Part shown: positions 10,109 through 19,700 of the stretch, piece by piece
How positions within the stretch are numbered: the first letter of the stretch is position 1
How the letters are laid out: the number at the start of each line of letters is the position of its first letter
IMG/VR virus record: IMGVR_UViG_3300032156_000005
Coordinates: 1 to 64,000 of that record
DNA from: a virus
Lineage: Duplodnaviria > Heunggongvirae > Uroviricota > Caudoviricetes
DNA: 64,000 nt
Strand: one strand, 5' to 3'
Position numbers and translations under genes: made by a program
The notes under the pieces: generated by a model
Told to the model about the DNA's origin: nothing
Database searches by the model: none
Seen by the model: the letters and a program-made list of their open reading frames with translations, nothing else

Positions 10109-10942
10109 ATGAAGTATTTACTACAAGTTTCAGTTGTTATGTGTGACGGCGACGACGCCGCTATTGTTGCTGCTGCTGACGCTGCTGCTGCTGCGGCTGC
10201 TGCTGCTGACGCTGAGGCGGCTCTAAAGGCCAAGAAGACAGAAGCTTTCACACAGGATCAGGTCAACGCCATTGTTGCGGCAGATCGTCGAAAATTGACT
10301 GATAAGTATCAGCAACTGGAAACTGCCTATAAGGACGCACTGGAAAATCAGAATCTTACAAAAGAAGCTCGGGCACAGCTTGAGTTGAAGTTGGAAGACG
10401 TCCAAAAGACATACCTGACAAAAGAAGAGACATTGCTTAACGAAAAGAAAAAGATCGAAGAGACTCTCTCCAAGGAAGCTAATTCATGGAAAGAGCAGGC
10501 CGTTCGCTGGGAAAATCAATTCAAGCAAACCTTGGTTGACCGAACTCTCCAAGACGCAGCCGTTCAATACGATGCTTATAATCCTTCGCAGATGATTTCA
10601 CTGCTACGCCCGATGACAAAGGTCACTGAAAAGACTGACGATCAGGGTAGGGGTACTGGAGCCTACGAAGTAATCGTTGACTTGGACGACATCAACGGTG
10701 AAACAGGTGCTCATCAAGTTACACGCCGAGCCCCGACAGACGCTGTTAAGCGTATGAAGGAACTACAAGATGTGTATGGTAACCTATTTAAGACCAACGT
10801 CGTCTCCGGTATCGGTGGCGGAACTGCCCCGAATACAAATGCCCCCGGCAAAATTGATCCCTCAAAGATCTCTACGGCCGAATACATGCGGCTCCGTAAA
10901 GAGAAACCAGAAGTTCTGGGTCTCAATAGGAAGCCACGTTAA
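10109..10942 (+). CDS. Scaffolding protein (Ala-rich, coiled-coil)
   Basis: Ala-run AAADAAAAAAAAADAEAALKAKK, then a long charged heptad-like coiled-coil (KLTDKYQQLETAYKDALENQ...). Located immediately upstream of the capsid gene. Confidence 0.55.
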   Translation: MKYLLQVSVVMCDGDDAAIVAAADAAAAAAAAADAEAALKAKKTEAFTQDQVNAIVAADRRKLTDKYQQLETAYKDALENQNLTKEARAQLELKLEDVQKTYLTKEETLLNEKKKIEETLSKEANSWKEQAVRWENQFKQTLVDRTLQDAAVQYDAYNPSQMISLLRPMTKVTEKTDDQGRGTGAYEVIVDLDDINGETGAHQVTRRAPTDAVKRMKELQDVYGNLFKTNVVSGIGGGTAPNTNAPGKIDPSKISTAEYMRLRKEKPEVLGLNRKPR

Positions 10943-11099
10943 TCATATTACCGGTTTAAACCGGGTTAGTTTAGTTGCAAGGATACTGACCAACCAGTGT
11001 GCAACAAAATGTTGGGAGTTTGAGACCGAATTACCCAATTATCGGAAATAAAATTGGGGTCTAAAGTTTTGTAAACAAGTCTAACAAGGAGTTTTAGTA

Positions 11100-12497
11100 A
11101 TGGATAAGTATCTATTGCAAGCGTTCGTAATGTGTTTCGAGAACGACAATGACGCGTTCGTTCCAGAGGTTTGGGCTCGTGAAGGTCTGGCCATTCTCGA
11201 AGAGAATATGGTCATGGCGGCTCTCGTCCACCGAGATTTCTCGATGGAAGTCGCTAATTTCGGTGACGTGGTTAATACCCGCCGACCCGGTGGATTCAGC
11301 ACTCGCCGAAAGGTTGACGCTGATAGCATCGATCTACAAGACGCATCCGCGACCAACGTCTCGGTGCCATTGGATCAGCATATCTACGTCAGTTTCACAA
11401 TCAAGGACGGTGAAGCCAGCAAGTCCTTCCAGGATCTGCAACAGGCTTATATTCAACCAGCCATGCAGACCGTCGCTCGGACCATTGATCGCGTTCTCTG
11501 CGGTCAGTTCCATCGCTATCTAACCAACTCGGTTGGTAAGCTAGGTGGACTATCCAGCACAACCGGTAAGACCTATCTGCTTGAGGCTCGTGAGAAGCTC
11601 AACAAGAATCTAGCGTACCCACAAGGTCGCCGATGCGTGTTGGCGCCTTCGGCTGAAACAGCCATGTTGAACACTGATATGTTCCTCAAGGCCAATGAGC
11701 GTGGTGACGGTGGACTCGCTTTGCAAGAAGCAGCCCTCGGTCGCGTTCTCGGTTTTGATACCTACATGGATCAGAATCAGCCAGGTATTTCCGCTGACGC
11801 TGACGTCATTTCTGGTACGGCCAACGGTGCTGTTCTAGCTGGTGTTGCCACCGTGGTTGCCGCCGCAGCTTTGACCAATGCCGTTAATGGTGATTATGTC
11901 ACCATCGCCGGTGACGCTCAACCCCGCTACATCAAGACGACTGCCGATACCATCACATTGGTGTTGGACGCCGCTCTAAAGTATGGCGTAGCGAATGCCG
12001 ACGCGATTACAGTGTACAAGCACTGTGACGCTGACGGTGCTCATGCGGCTGGTTATTCAAAGGGTATCACTCTTGACGGTTACACCGCCACGAAGGTCCC
12101 ACAAGTTGGTCAGTTGCTCGCCTTTGGTGAGACTGCTTCAACTCGTCATGTTTACACTATCGTTGAGGCTTACGCGAATCCCTCGAATGCCAGCCAGACG
12201 ATTGTGTGGCTTGATCGTCCACTTGCTAAGGCAATCGTGGACAACGAGAATGCGTTCCCAGGTCCTTACGGGTCCTTCAACTTCGCATTCCACCGGGACG
12301 CTCTAGCCCTTGTGACACGGCCCTTGGCCTTGCCACGTGCTGGTGGTGTTCAGTCCGGCGTTGCTAATTACAACGACGTGGCTATGCGGGTGACCATGCA
12401 GTACGACATCACCACACAGGGTACCATCGTCACGATGGATCTCTTGGCTGGTGTTGCTCTGTTGGACGCCAACCTCGGTTGTGTTCTTCTCGGCTAA
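11100..12497 (+). CDS. Major capsid protein
   Basis: 465-aa ORF after the scaffold, with strong RBS AAGGAG 8 nt upstream and a strong terminator directly downstream. Assigned by position, size and expression signals. Confidence 0.6.
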   Translation: MDKYLLQAFVMCFENDNDAFVPEVWAREGLAILEENMVMAALVHRDFSMEVANFGDVVNTRRPGGFSTRRKVDADSIDLQDASATNVSVPLDQHIYVSFTIKDGEASKSFQDLQQAYIQPAMQTVARTIDRVLCGQFHRYLTNSVGKLGGLSSTTGKTYLLEAREKLNKNLAYPQGRRCVLAPSAETAMLNTDMFLKANERGDGGLALQEAALGRVLGFDTYMDQNQPGISADADVISGTANGAVLAGVATVVAAAALTNAVNGDYVTIAGDAQPRYIKTTADTITLVLDAALKYGVANADAITVYKHCDADGAHAAGYSKGITLDGYTATKVPQVGQLLAFGETASTRHVYTIVEAYANPSNASQTIVWLDRPLAKAIVDNENAFPGPYGSFNFAFHRDALALVTRPLALPRAGGVQSGVANYNDVAMRVTMQYDITTQGTIVTMDLLAGVALLDANLGCVLLG

Positions 12498-12513
12498 GGT
12501 CGAATGTTAATTC

Positions 12514-12548
12514 CCTGGGGATCGTAGGATCCCCAGGGGTGCTTTTGA
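12514..12548 (+). terminator. Rho-independent terminator after the capsid gene
   Basis: Perfect 11-bp stem CCCTGGGGATC / GATCCCCAGGG (12514-12524 / 12529-12539), loop GTAG, followed by GTGCTTTTGAT. Confidence 0.75.
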
Positions 12549-12566
12549 TCGCGAAAGGATGCAAAT

Positions 12567-12854
12567 ATGGGACTAGAACTATTTAAAGTTATAGAATCAT
12601 TTGGTCCGGCCATTGGTCTTATAATTTTCTTCATTTGGCGAGACTGGAAACGAGAGGGCCAACTCTCTTTAAGAGTCGAGACTTTGGAGAAATACCAACG
12701 CGAAACACTTGAGAAACTGGTGGATAGAGCTACTACAGCCCTGGCACAAAGTTCCGAGTGCATTAAATGGATTGGCAGGGTTCTTGAACATCTAGTGCGA
12801 GTTTGTCCGAGAATTGTCGGGCAGGATTGTGATAAACCAGAAGGTCTACGATGA
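12567..12854 (+). CDS. Hypothetical protein (95 aa), N-terminal hydrophobic segment
   Basis: ORF after the capsid terminator. GLIIFFIW hydrophobic segment. Confidence 0.35.
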   Translation: MGLELFKVIESFGPAIGLIIFFIWRDWKREGQLSLRVETLEKYQRETLEKLVDRATTALAQSSECIKWIGRVLEHLVRVCPRIVGQDCDKPEGLR

Positions 12855-13348
12855 GTAATGTCACCAACTATAATTTGAATAGACGCATACGACAAGCTTT
12901 GTACGTATTGAAGCGTGCTTTTGGTAGCACCGTTACACTCTACAAACTAGTGGATGCTGCGACAAATTATACTACAGGTGCCAAAACATCCACTTCAGTA
13001 TCAACCAGTATCCCACGATGTATTGTACTACCAGTAAGATTACAGCGTGAAGTTATACAAGCCGTATCGCAAATTTCTGCAAATAAGACGTTTGCATACG
13101 GTGGTTCTTTTGAAAGTGGGACAAGGGAGTTTGTTATTGACGCCAGGGATCTAGCCTCTGGATACGTTATTGAACAAGACTCCTGGATCGTTTATGACGA
13201 TAAACGGTATGACATAAAGAATATTGAACAATTGGAACAACATACTGGTTGGCATATTACAGGCAAGATGATTATAGGACCAGCGATAGCTAAGTCCGCC
13301 TCTGCCACAACAGTATTGAATTTCACAGAAAGTCTTGACAATGCTTAA
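12851..13348 (+). CDS. Hypothetical head–tail joining protein (by position)
   Basis: ATGA overlap with the upstream gene. Lies between capsid and tail genes. Confidence 0.35.
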   Translation: MSNVTNYNLNRRIRQALYVLKRAFGSTVTLYKLVDAATNYTTGAKTSTSVSTSIPRCIVLPVRLQREVIQAVSQISANKTFAYGGSFESGTREFVIDARDLASGYVIEQDSWIVYDDKRYDIKNIEQLEQHTGWHITGKMIIGPAIAKSASATTVLNFTESLDNA

Positions 13349-13814
13349 TGAAAACTGGTCAAGATGGGTAATGGCTTCAGTCACTAAGTACTTTAGTGAC
13401 GAGTGTATTGCAATGCCGCTGCCATTACTGGTAGACGGTATTGACGAGCGTGAGTCTTCGATGCTTCAGTGCGATCATGCAGAGTTAAGAATAACCGGTC
13501 CATATATGACCGAACTTAGCAAGGATTATTGGAGATTGCTGGTTGACGTGAACGTCCTTGTGACTGAACTTATGGACCAGAATAATGCCTTTAAACTTCA
13601 AACTTGGTGTGGTAAATTAGCACATTCTATGAATGGTCCGATCAACATCTACAAATATGGTGGTGAAACTGGTGATGATTCGTCGTATGTTGCTTGCCTT
13701 CGCCCGCTTGTAGGCAAGATTGATCCCAATAGAACACTGTACTTCGGGCAACTTGGCAAGTCGGAAAGGTTGCGACAAGGTATGATCGACGGCCATTTTG
13801 TGGTTTATCTGTAA
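13335..13814 (+). CDS. Hypothetical head–tail joining protein (by position)
   Basis: Start overlaps the upstream gene. 159 aa. Confidence 0.35.
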   Translation: MTMLNENWSRWVMASVTKYFSDECIAMPLPLLVDGIDERESSMLQCDHAELRITGPYMTELSKDYWRLLVDVNVLVTELMDQNNAFKLQTWCGKLAHSMNGPINIYKYGGETGDDSSYVACLRPLVGKIDPNRTLYFGQLGKSERLRQGMIDGHFVVYL

Positions 13815-13862
13815 GTGGCACAGTAATTGCACTGTAGTGGTAGTATGAATATTGCCACTTGT

Positions 13863-14708
13863 ATGAATAAAAATGTCACCATTTTCTGCTACATGATTAC
13901 AAACACTAAAAATAGCAAAAAATATATTGGAATTACTAGAAGTCTAAAACAACGTTGGACGACACACTGTAATCCAAATAATCAATCAATAATCGCAAGG
14001 GCCATACGAAAATATGGCCGAGAACAATTTAGATTTAATTTAATTAGCGAGGGTGACATTGAACGTATTAAAGAAATCGAGAGGCATTTGATTTCAACCC
14101 TCGGAACAATCCGTCCAGGTGGGTACAATATTCTGGAAGGCGGAGATTTTCTATGCCAAATGCCGGGCGAGAAAAATCCACGAGCAATAGCGGTTGTCAT
14201 AAATGGAAAAAAGTACGGATGTATAAAAGCGGCTGCCGAGGATTTAGGGGTTAATCCCGAAACCTTACGTAGACATGTTCGTCTAAATGGTTCTAAATGT
14301 ACATATAAAATTTATGACTCTCAGCGGCGTGCAAAAAATAGTTCCGGAAGAAAACATACCTTTGAAACAATACAGAAATTAAAGAATAGAGTAATGCCAA
14401 AACTGGGGGAATGTTACCGAGCCAGAGAAATCATAGTCAATGGTACTAAGTATTCAAGTATTAAAGAAGCCGCTATCGCAGAGAATTTGAATTACAACAC
14501 ACTTCGATGGCGATTCAATTACACGAATAAAACAGGTAAACAACCAACCGGTAGAACTAAGGCCAAACAAGTCTTAGTACAGGGTATTGAATACAAAAGT
14601 ATAACCTCTGCGGCAAAGGCGACGGGAGTAACCCCGTCAACATTAGTGTATAGGTTTAATCAGTGGAAGAAAACCGGTGAATGGCCATCCGGTTATCAGT
14701 TTTTATAG
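13863..14708 (+). CDS. GIY-YIG homing endonuclease with three NUMOD-like DNA-binding repeats
   Basis: N-terminal VTIFCYMITN...KKYIGIT...LKQRWTTH...KYGREQFRF...GYNILEGG matches the GIY-YIG catalytic module (GIY, YIG, Arg, Glu and Asn positions). The C-terminal half has three ~45-aa repeats (INGKKYGCIKAAAEDLGVNPETLRRH / VNGTKYSSIKEAAIAENLNYNTLRWRF / VQGIEYKSITSAAKATGVTPSTLVYRF). Start chosen at the ATG just before the GIY block; in-frame ATGs at 13827/13845 are alternatives. Confidence 0.8.
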   Translation: MNKNVTIFCYMITNTKNSKKYIGITRSLKQRWTTHCNPNNQSIIARAIRKYGREQFRFNLISEGDIERIKEIERHLISTLGTIRPGGYNILEGGDFLCQMPGEKNPRAIAVVINGKKYGCIKAAAEDLGVNPETLRRHVRLNGSKCTYKIYDSQRRAKNSSGRKHTFETIQKLKNRVMPKLGECYRAREIIVNGTKYSSIKEAAIAENLNYNTLRWRFNYTNKTGKQPTGRTKAKQVLVQGIEYKSITSAAKATGVTPSTLVYRFNQWKKTGEWPSGYQFL

Positions 14709-14738
14709 AAGAGTCTCTTTTGCAAAAGGAAAATAATC

Positions 14739-15485
14739 ATGGCTCGGATCGAATTGCGGGATGCCACCATTCGTGTACTTGACGGTCTCTCAGGAACCGC
14801 CTTAGTTAATGATACGCCGGGGGTGAACGACACCAACGTAGACATTAACACAGTCAATCTTAATACGGTTGACGCAGATCTAGTACCGATTGGAGCGAGG
14901 TTCACTGTCAACACAGCGAATCACACGACAGTCCATACAGTCACAGCCCGCACACCTGCGGACGTGAATGGTGTGAGTACTAGCCCAACGACAAACATTG
15001 TATTTACGCCCGCCTGGACAGCGAATGCCCCGGCCAACGGAGCTGCAATCACATTCCAATCCAATCGTATTGATATTAAGATTGGCGAAGGAAACTTGAA
15101 GTATACCGAAAACAAGGAATACAACTACATGCTTGATCGCGGCGATCTCGATACAGTTCGAGAGGGCGACGAGAAGCCACTAGACGTAACTCTTGAATTC
15201 GTATACGAATTCGTAACAACTGGTACAAGTGAAGCGATCACACCAGTTGACGCTCTGAAGCAGCAAAATTCTGCCGACGAGTGGGTAACATCGTCTTCGG
15301 ACGCATGCGAACCGTATGCCGTAGACCTGCAAATTGAGCACGATCCACCTTGTGGAACCGCTCAGACGGAAACGACAATCCTTCCTGACTTCCGCTATGA
15401 AAAGTTGGAGTTCAGCCTCAAGGACGCGACCATTTCCGTAACAGGCAAGTGTAATGCTTCCAAGGCAACGATTACCCGTAGCTAA
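14739..15485 (+). CDS. Putative major tail (tube) protein
   Basis: 248-aa ORF with strong RBS, followed by a perfect terminator, then a chaperone-like gene pair and the tape measure gene. Assignment by gene order only. Confidence 0.35.
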   Translation: MARIELRDATIRVLDGLSGTALVNDTPGVNDTNVDINTVNLNTVDADLVPIGARFTVNTANHTTVHTVTARTPADVNGVSTSPTTNIVFTPAWTANAPANGAAITFQSNRIDIKIGEGNLKYTENKEYNYMLDRGDLDTVREGDEKPLDVTLEFVYEFVTTGTSEAITPVDALKQQNSADEWVTSSSDACEPYAVDLQIEHDPPCGTAQTETTILPDFRYEKLEFSLKDATISVTGKCNASKATITRS

Positions 15486-15497
15486 GGTTTTTAATTT

Positions 15498-15533
15498 AGT
15501 CTGAGTGCCCTCGTGGCACTCAGACTTACTTTC
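15498..15533 (+). terminator. Rho-independent terminator
   Basis: Perfect 12-bp stem AGTCTGAGTGCC / GGCACTCAGACT (15498-15509 / 15515-15526), loop CTCGT, then TACTTTC. Confidence 0.7.
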
Positions 15534-15547
15534 AAAGGGAGAAAAAC

Positions 15548-16078
15548 ATGAAGATTGGTGGACGCGTTGTATCTGGTGTAAATGAAGAAATCTTGGTACT
15601 GCCACGTGGTGATTCACCGCTGGTAATTCGTGCTAGGGCAGTTTTGGATCTAGACGAATTTGATAAGATTTGTCCCGAACCCAAGCCGCCAGGGAAGTTG
15701 ACTAAGGACGGTTGGATTCCTCAAGTTGATGACGTCAACTACAAGCAAACAATGGCACAGCAAACAGAGAAGCGAATTGCATATCTTGTTATCCGCTCTC
15801 TTGAGCCGAGTGACATTGAGTGGGAGACCGTCAAGTTGGATGATCCACGAACTTGGTTGAATTACACCAAGGATTTCAAAAATGCTGGACTCTCGACGGT
15901 TGAAATTAACCGTATTGTTCAGTGCGTCATGGCAGCGAATTCTCTGGACGAAAACAAACTAGAAGAAGCCCGAAAGGTTTTTCTACTTGGTCAACGTCCG
16001 GTACCCGCTCAATTCTCTGGTCAGACTACCGAACCGCAGAGTATTACATCTGGCGAGCCTGTAGTCGTTTCGGAGTAA
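15548..16078 (+). CDS. Putative tail assembly chaperone (G-like)
   Basis: 176-aa acidic ORF between the putative tube gene and the tape measure gene. Its 3' end overlaps a -1 frame ORF (15922..16206), the usual G/GT arrangement. Confidence 0.45.
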   Translation: MKIGGRVVSGVNEEILVLPRGDSPLVIRARAVLDLDEFDKICPEPKPPGKLTKDGWIPQVDDVNYKQTMAQQTEKRIAYLVIRSLEPSDIEWETVKLDDPRTWLNYTKDFKNAGLSTVEINRIVQCVMAANSLDENKLEEARKVFLLGQRPVPAQFSGQTTEPQSITSGEPVVVSE

Positions 16079-16206
16079 AGCCACCCGGAGTTAAAGATAC
16101 CTGGGATGATTGCGACGTATGGACTCAGTCGCTTCTCCTGGGTTTCGATCAAACTTTGGCACATGACGAAGTTGAGTTAGCCTTCAAATTGGCCGGGGGC
16201 GATTAA
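15922..16206 (+). CDS. Putative -1 frameshift extension of the tail assembly chaperone (GT-like)
   Basis: ORF in the -1 frame relative to 15548..16078, overlapping its last ~50 codons. A U-rich run GGTTTTTCT (15976-15984) lies in the overlap. No classic XXXYYYZ heptamer identified. Confidence 0.3.
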   Translation: MRHGSEFSGRKQTRRSPKGFSTWSTSGTRSILWSDYRTAEYYIWRACSRFGVKPPGVKDTWDDCDVWTQSLLLGFDQTLAHDEVELAFKLAGGD

Positions 16207-16230
16207 GCCCTCGGTCACCCTTCGGGGACG

Positions 16231-16746
16231 TTGACCATGAAAATGACTTGCCGGTATTCACTGATAAAACTCTCGGGGAATTATCAAAAAGCAGTAAATG
16301 CAGAATTGCTAAAGAGTCTAAAAGAGGCAGTGGGCCTTTGGATTCAAGCCGCCATAACTTTAATACCAGTTTGGTCTGGTGCCTCTCATGGCACCTTTGT
16401 TAAATTAGCCAGTAAGATTGGAATGACCTTCTCTCTAAGCGGAGGGGGTGGATTGCCAGGGATGCTAGGACCCGAGTATGGTGCCCAGCACAGTATGGGC
16501 ACAATTACCACCTGGGGTGGAAATTGTATTGCCGAGTATTCAACCACGCTTTGGCATCTTATTTACAACGAATATAACGACGCGAACGCGGATCCGGAAG
16601 GTGCCCATCTTTTTTCAAGGCTAGTGCATCCGGGTCCATACGACTTTCAGAATGCGGCAAACGCAACTTTTGAAGCGTACATCAAAACAATTCGATTGCC
16701 CTCACCTTGGGCATACATAACCCTCATACCACGTCAGGTATCATAA
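16231..16746 (+). CDS. Hypothetical protein (171 aa)
   Basis: ORF between the chaperone and tape measure genes. Gly-rich SGGGGLPGMLGPEYG. Overlaps the tape measure start. Confidence 0.35.
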   Translation: MTMKMTCRYSLIKLSGNYQKAVNAELLKSLKEAVGLWIQAAITLIPVWSGASHGTFVKLASKIGMTFSLSGGGGLPGMLGPEYGAQHSMGTITTWGGNCIAEYSTTLWHLIYNEYNDANADPEGAHLFSRLVHPGPYDFQNAANATFEAYIKTIRLPSPWAYITLIPRQVS

Positions 16747-19700
16747 TGGCTGAAGAGATTGTACAAAGGTTAGGGTTTGAGACCGGTGATGCTATAAGCA
16801 ACATCGACGCAATGCGATCCGCATTAGAGCGTTTGAATACTGCCGTTTCCAATTCTGCAAACTCTCTAAAAGCATTCAATACTACTGGTGGTGCGTTTGA
16901 CAAAGCGTTAAACGACCTCTCAGGTAAGATCGACGCAATGGCAAATAAAATGTCAACTGGCTTCAGTAATGTGAAGCCACCTAATTTGACATTTGACACA
17001 TCAGCCGCCCTGGGGCAGATCAATAAATTAACTGGCGCCTGGGGTAGTGCAGCCGCATCGGTACCTGAGAAACAATTTGCACAAAAGTTTGCTGCGATGC
17101 AAACTGGTTTAGCCGACTATGTAGCTAAAAATAACCTATCAAGAGATCAGGTTATCCAGGCATTTGCTGGTACACTCACAGGAAGTACACCAGCTATCAA
17201 TGGTCTCAAATCAAAGGTAGACGAACTAAAGACTGCATTTAATTCCGCTGGTGCTGAAGGACAAAGTGCAGGATCAAAAATAGGTGGCCTCTTTACTCAA
17301 ATGGGTAAGATTGTTGCCTTCCGTACTGTCATCTCCCTCCTTAATGACATGTCAACCGGCATGAAAGAGGGTGTCCAATCTGCCAGTGAGTTTTCTCTGC
17401 GCCTGGGGCAGATTTCCGCTATCACTGACGACACCACTATGTCGCTGGGGGAAATACGCACCGCCCTCATAGCCACTTCTTCCGAATTTGCCCGCCCACT
17501 AGGTGAGACTACTCTTGCCTTCTATCAGACTTTACAGAACCAAGTAGGTACTGCATCCGAATCTCTCTATGTATTTGAGCAGGCTGCTAAATTATCTGCC
17601 GCGAATGTGGCACCTCTAACGGATTCTGTTAATTTACTTACTTCAGCCTTAAAGGGGTGGGATCTAGAAATCTCTCGGGCTGGAGATCTTTCGGGTATGT
17701 TCTTCGAGGCGATCAAAATTGGCCGCATGGATGCGTCAGATTTGGCAGACGTTTTGGGCCGAATCGGACCTACTGCGCGTCAAATGGGGATCAGCGTCGA
17801 AGAGGCTATGGGTGGTGTTGCAATTATGACCCAACAGGGGACAAAAGCTAGCACAGCAATCACACAGTTGAGTGCTTTGATGACGGCTTTGATTAAGCCG
17901 ACCAAGGATTTAAAAGCCGTAATGACCCAAAAATGGGGGGTTGAAAATGCCGAACAGGCCATCGCCAAATTCGGTGGACTGATGGGGGTTATGCGACAAC
18001 TAGAGGAATTGACCGGCGGATCCTCAGACGAGATGGTCAAGTTTACTGCAAACGTCAGAGCAGTCCGAGCAGAGATGGGGTTGTTAGGGCCCAATGCGGA
18101 CGCGGCCGAAGCGGCCATCAAGAAACTGGAAGACGCGACAGTTAAAACAGCGGACGCCGCAAGTAAGATGGTACTGAGTACTCCAGGTGCCCAATACAAG
18201 AAATCCGTGGTAGATCTGGCAAATGCGTGGACGCAATTAGGTGAAAGTGTACTACCGGTAGCTACGATCTTTAATAAGTTCAAAGAGAGTTTCGTCCAGT
18301 TTATGTCAGGTACCGCTGCACAAGTTACGCTGGCAGCGGCTGCATTCTTTGGACTGGTTGTAGCCGTAAAAGCTTATGGTGGGGCAATGGGTCTCGCTAC
18401 AATAGCAACCTACAAGTGGATTGCTGCCTTAGCATTAGCGAATCCAATTGCAGCTATAATTATTGCGGCCTCAATTGGTATTGGTCTAGCGATTGAAGCT
18501 ATGGCCAATAAGAGTACAAACGATATGAAGAAATACTTCGATGAAGTAGATAAATCTGTCAAACAGCAAACTGCTACTTTTAATCAAGAGAATAATAAGC
18601 AGACTGATATTGTACTAAAAGCGGGTAAGGATCGTTTGAAAGCCGCATTAGAAATCACCTCAGAAGGGGTGAAGTTCTACAATAAGGAAGTTTTAGCTGT
18701 TAAAGCTTCCCAACAGGCCATACTCGATGTTACCAAGAAACGATTTGATGCTGTCCTAGCCGCACATCAAGCCTATATTCAAAAACTATTAAGTGCCGAG
18801 ACTGAAGGCAATCAGAAACTACTGGCAATATCTGAAAAGCGACTCACACAAAAGAACGCGTCCGAGGACAAGCAGTTTGATCTCAATACCTCCAGATGGG
18901 ACGCAGAACGTCAAGCACAACAATTTCTAACACGCGGTGATGCCCTACGCTCGGAAGGCTTAATGAAGTTATCCCGCGCCAAGACTCCAGAGGATTTATC
19001 TCGCATCGAAGAGTACTTTACTCGGGCAGAAGCCTATTATGGTAAGGCCGCATCTGGCGCTGCTACTGAACGAGAGCAAATGGCAATACGCCAAAAACAG
19101 GTCGATCTTAGTAAAGATGGACTCAAGATACTGGATAAAGAAACTGAATTAACTAAGCAAGATGTAGCCGCCTCAAGAACCAAATTAATCAATTCCCAAG
19201 AAGAGGGGAATGTACTGTCAGATAATTTGAAGAAATATGAGGAAGGCCTGAAAATGTTCGGCGGTTTGGGTAAGACTCCAAAGGATCAAGCAGCCGGACT
19301 GAAACAGATGAAAGAGGCATGGACGGAGATCATGCAGGTAATTACACAACAGGCACCCCAAGCAACAGACTTTTTGGGTGTTGAAAAGGTGCGTACAGAA
19401 TTACTTGCCCAGCTTTCAAATCTACCAAAATTAAATCTACAGGTTGAGGCCGATTTAACCCAGCTTCAGCGACAATTAGCAGCCCCAATGTCTAAGGCAA
19501 CTAGCAGACAGCAAGAAGCTATAGGTCCTGAAGGTTGGACCAATCTACCGGAAGCTGTGGCTAAGCAGTATGAGACTAGTACAAAGATTGTTGCCGAAGG
19601 AACCAAGACATTAGCCGAAGCCGCTAAACTAGGAAACTCCATACAGAAGCAAGTACAAGAGGGCACCAAGACCACGGTTGCTGGTTTTAATTTCCAAAAT

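Noticed and set aside
11149-11523. 124-aa alternative-frame ORF inside the capsid gene
   Set aside because: Overlaps the highly expressed capsid gene in another frame with no expression signals. Likely spurious.
16078-16230. Possible terminator hairpin after the chaperone extension (CCCTCGGTCACCCTTCGGGG)
   Set aside because: Stem pairing is imperfect (no clean ≥6-bp helix) and no T-tract follows.
17780-18283. 167-aa minus-strand ORF inside the tape measure gene
   Set aside because: Antisense shadow ORF within a long, confidently coding gene. The same reasoning rejects 1359..1637(-), 19466..19954(-), 20844..21170(-), 51976..52494(-), 55748..56185(-) and similar track entries.
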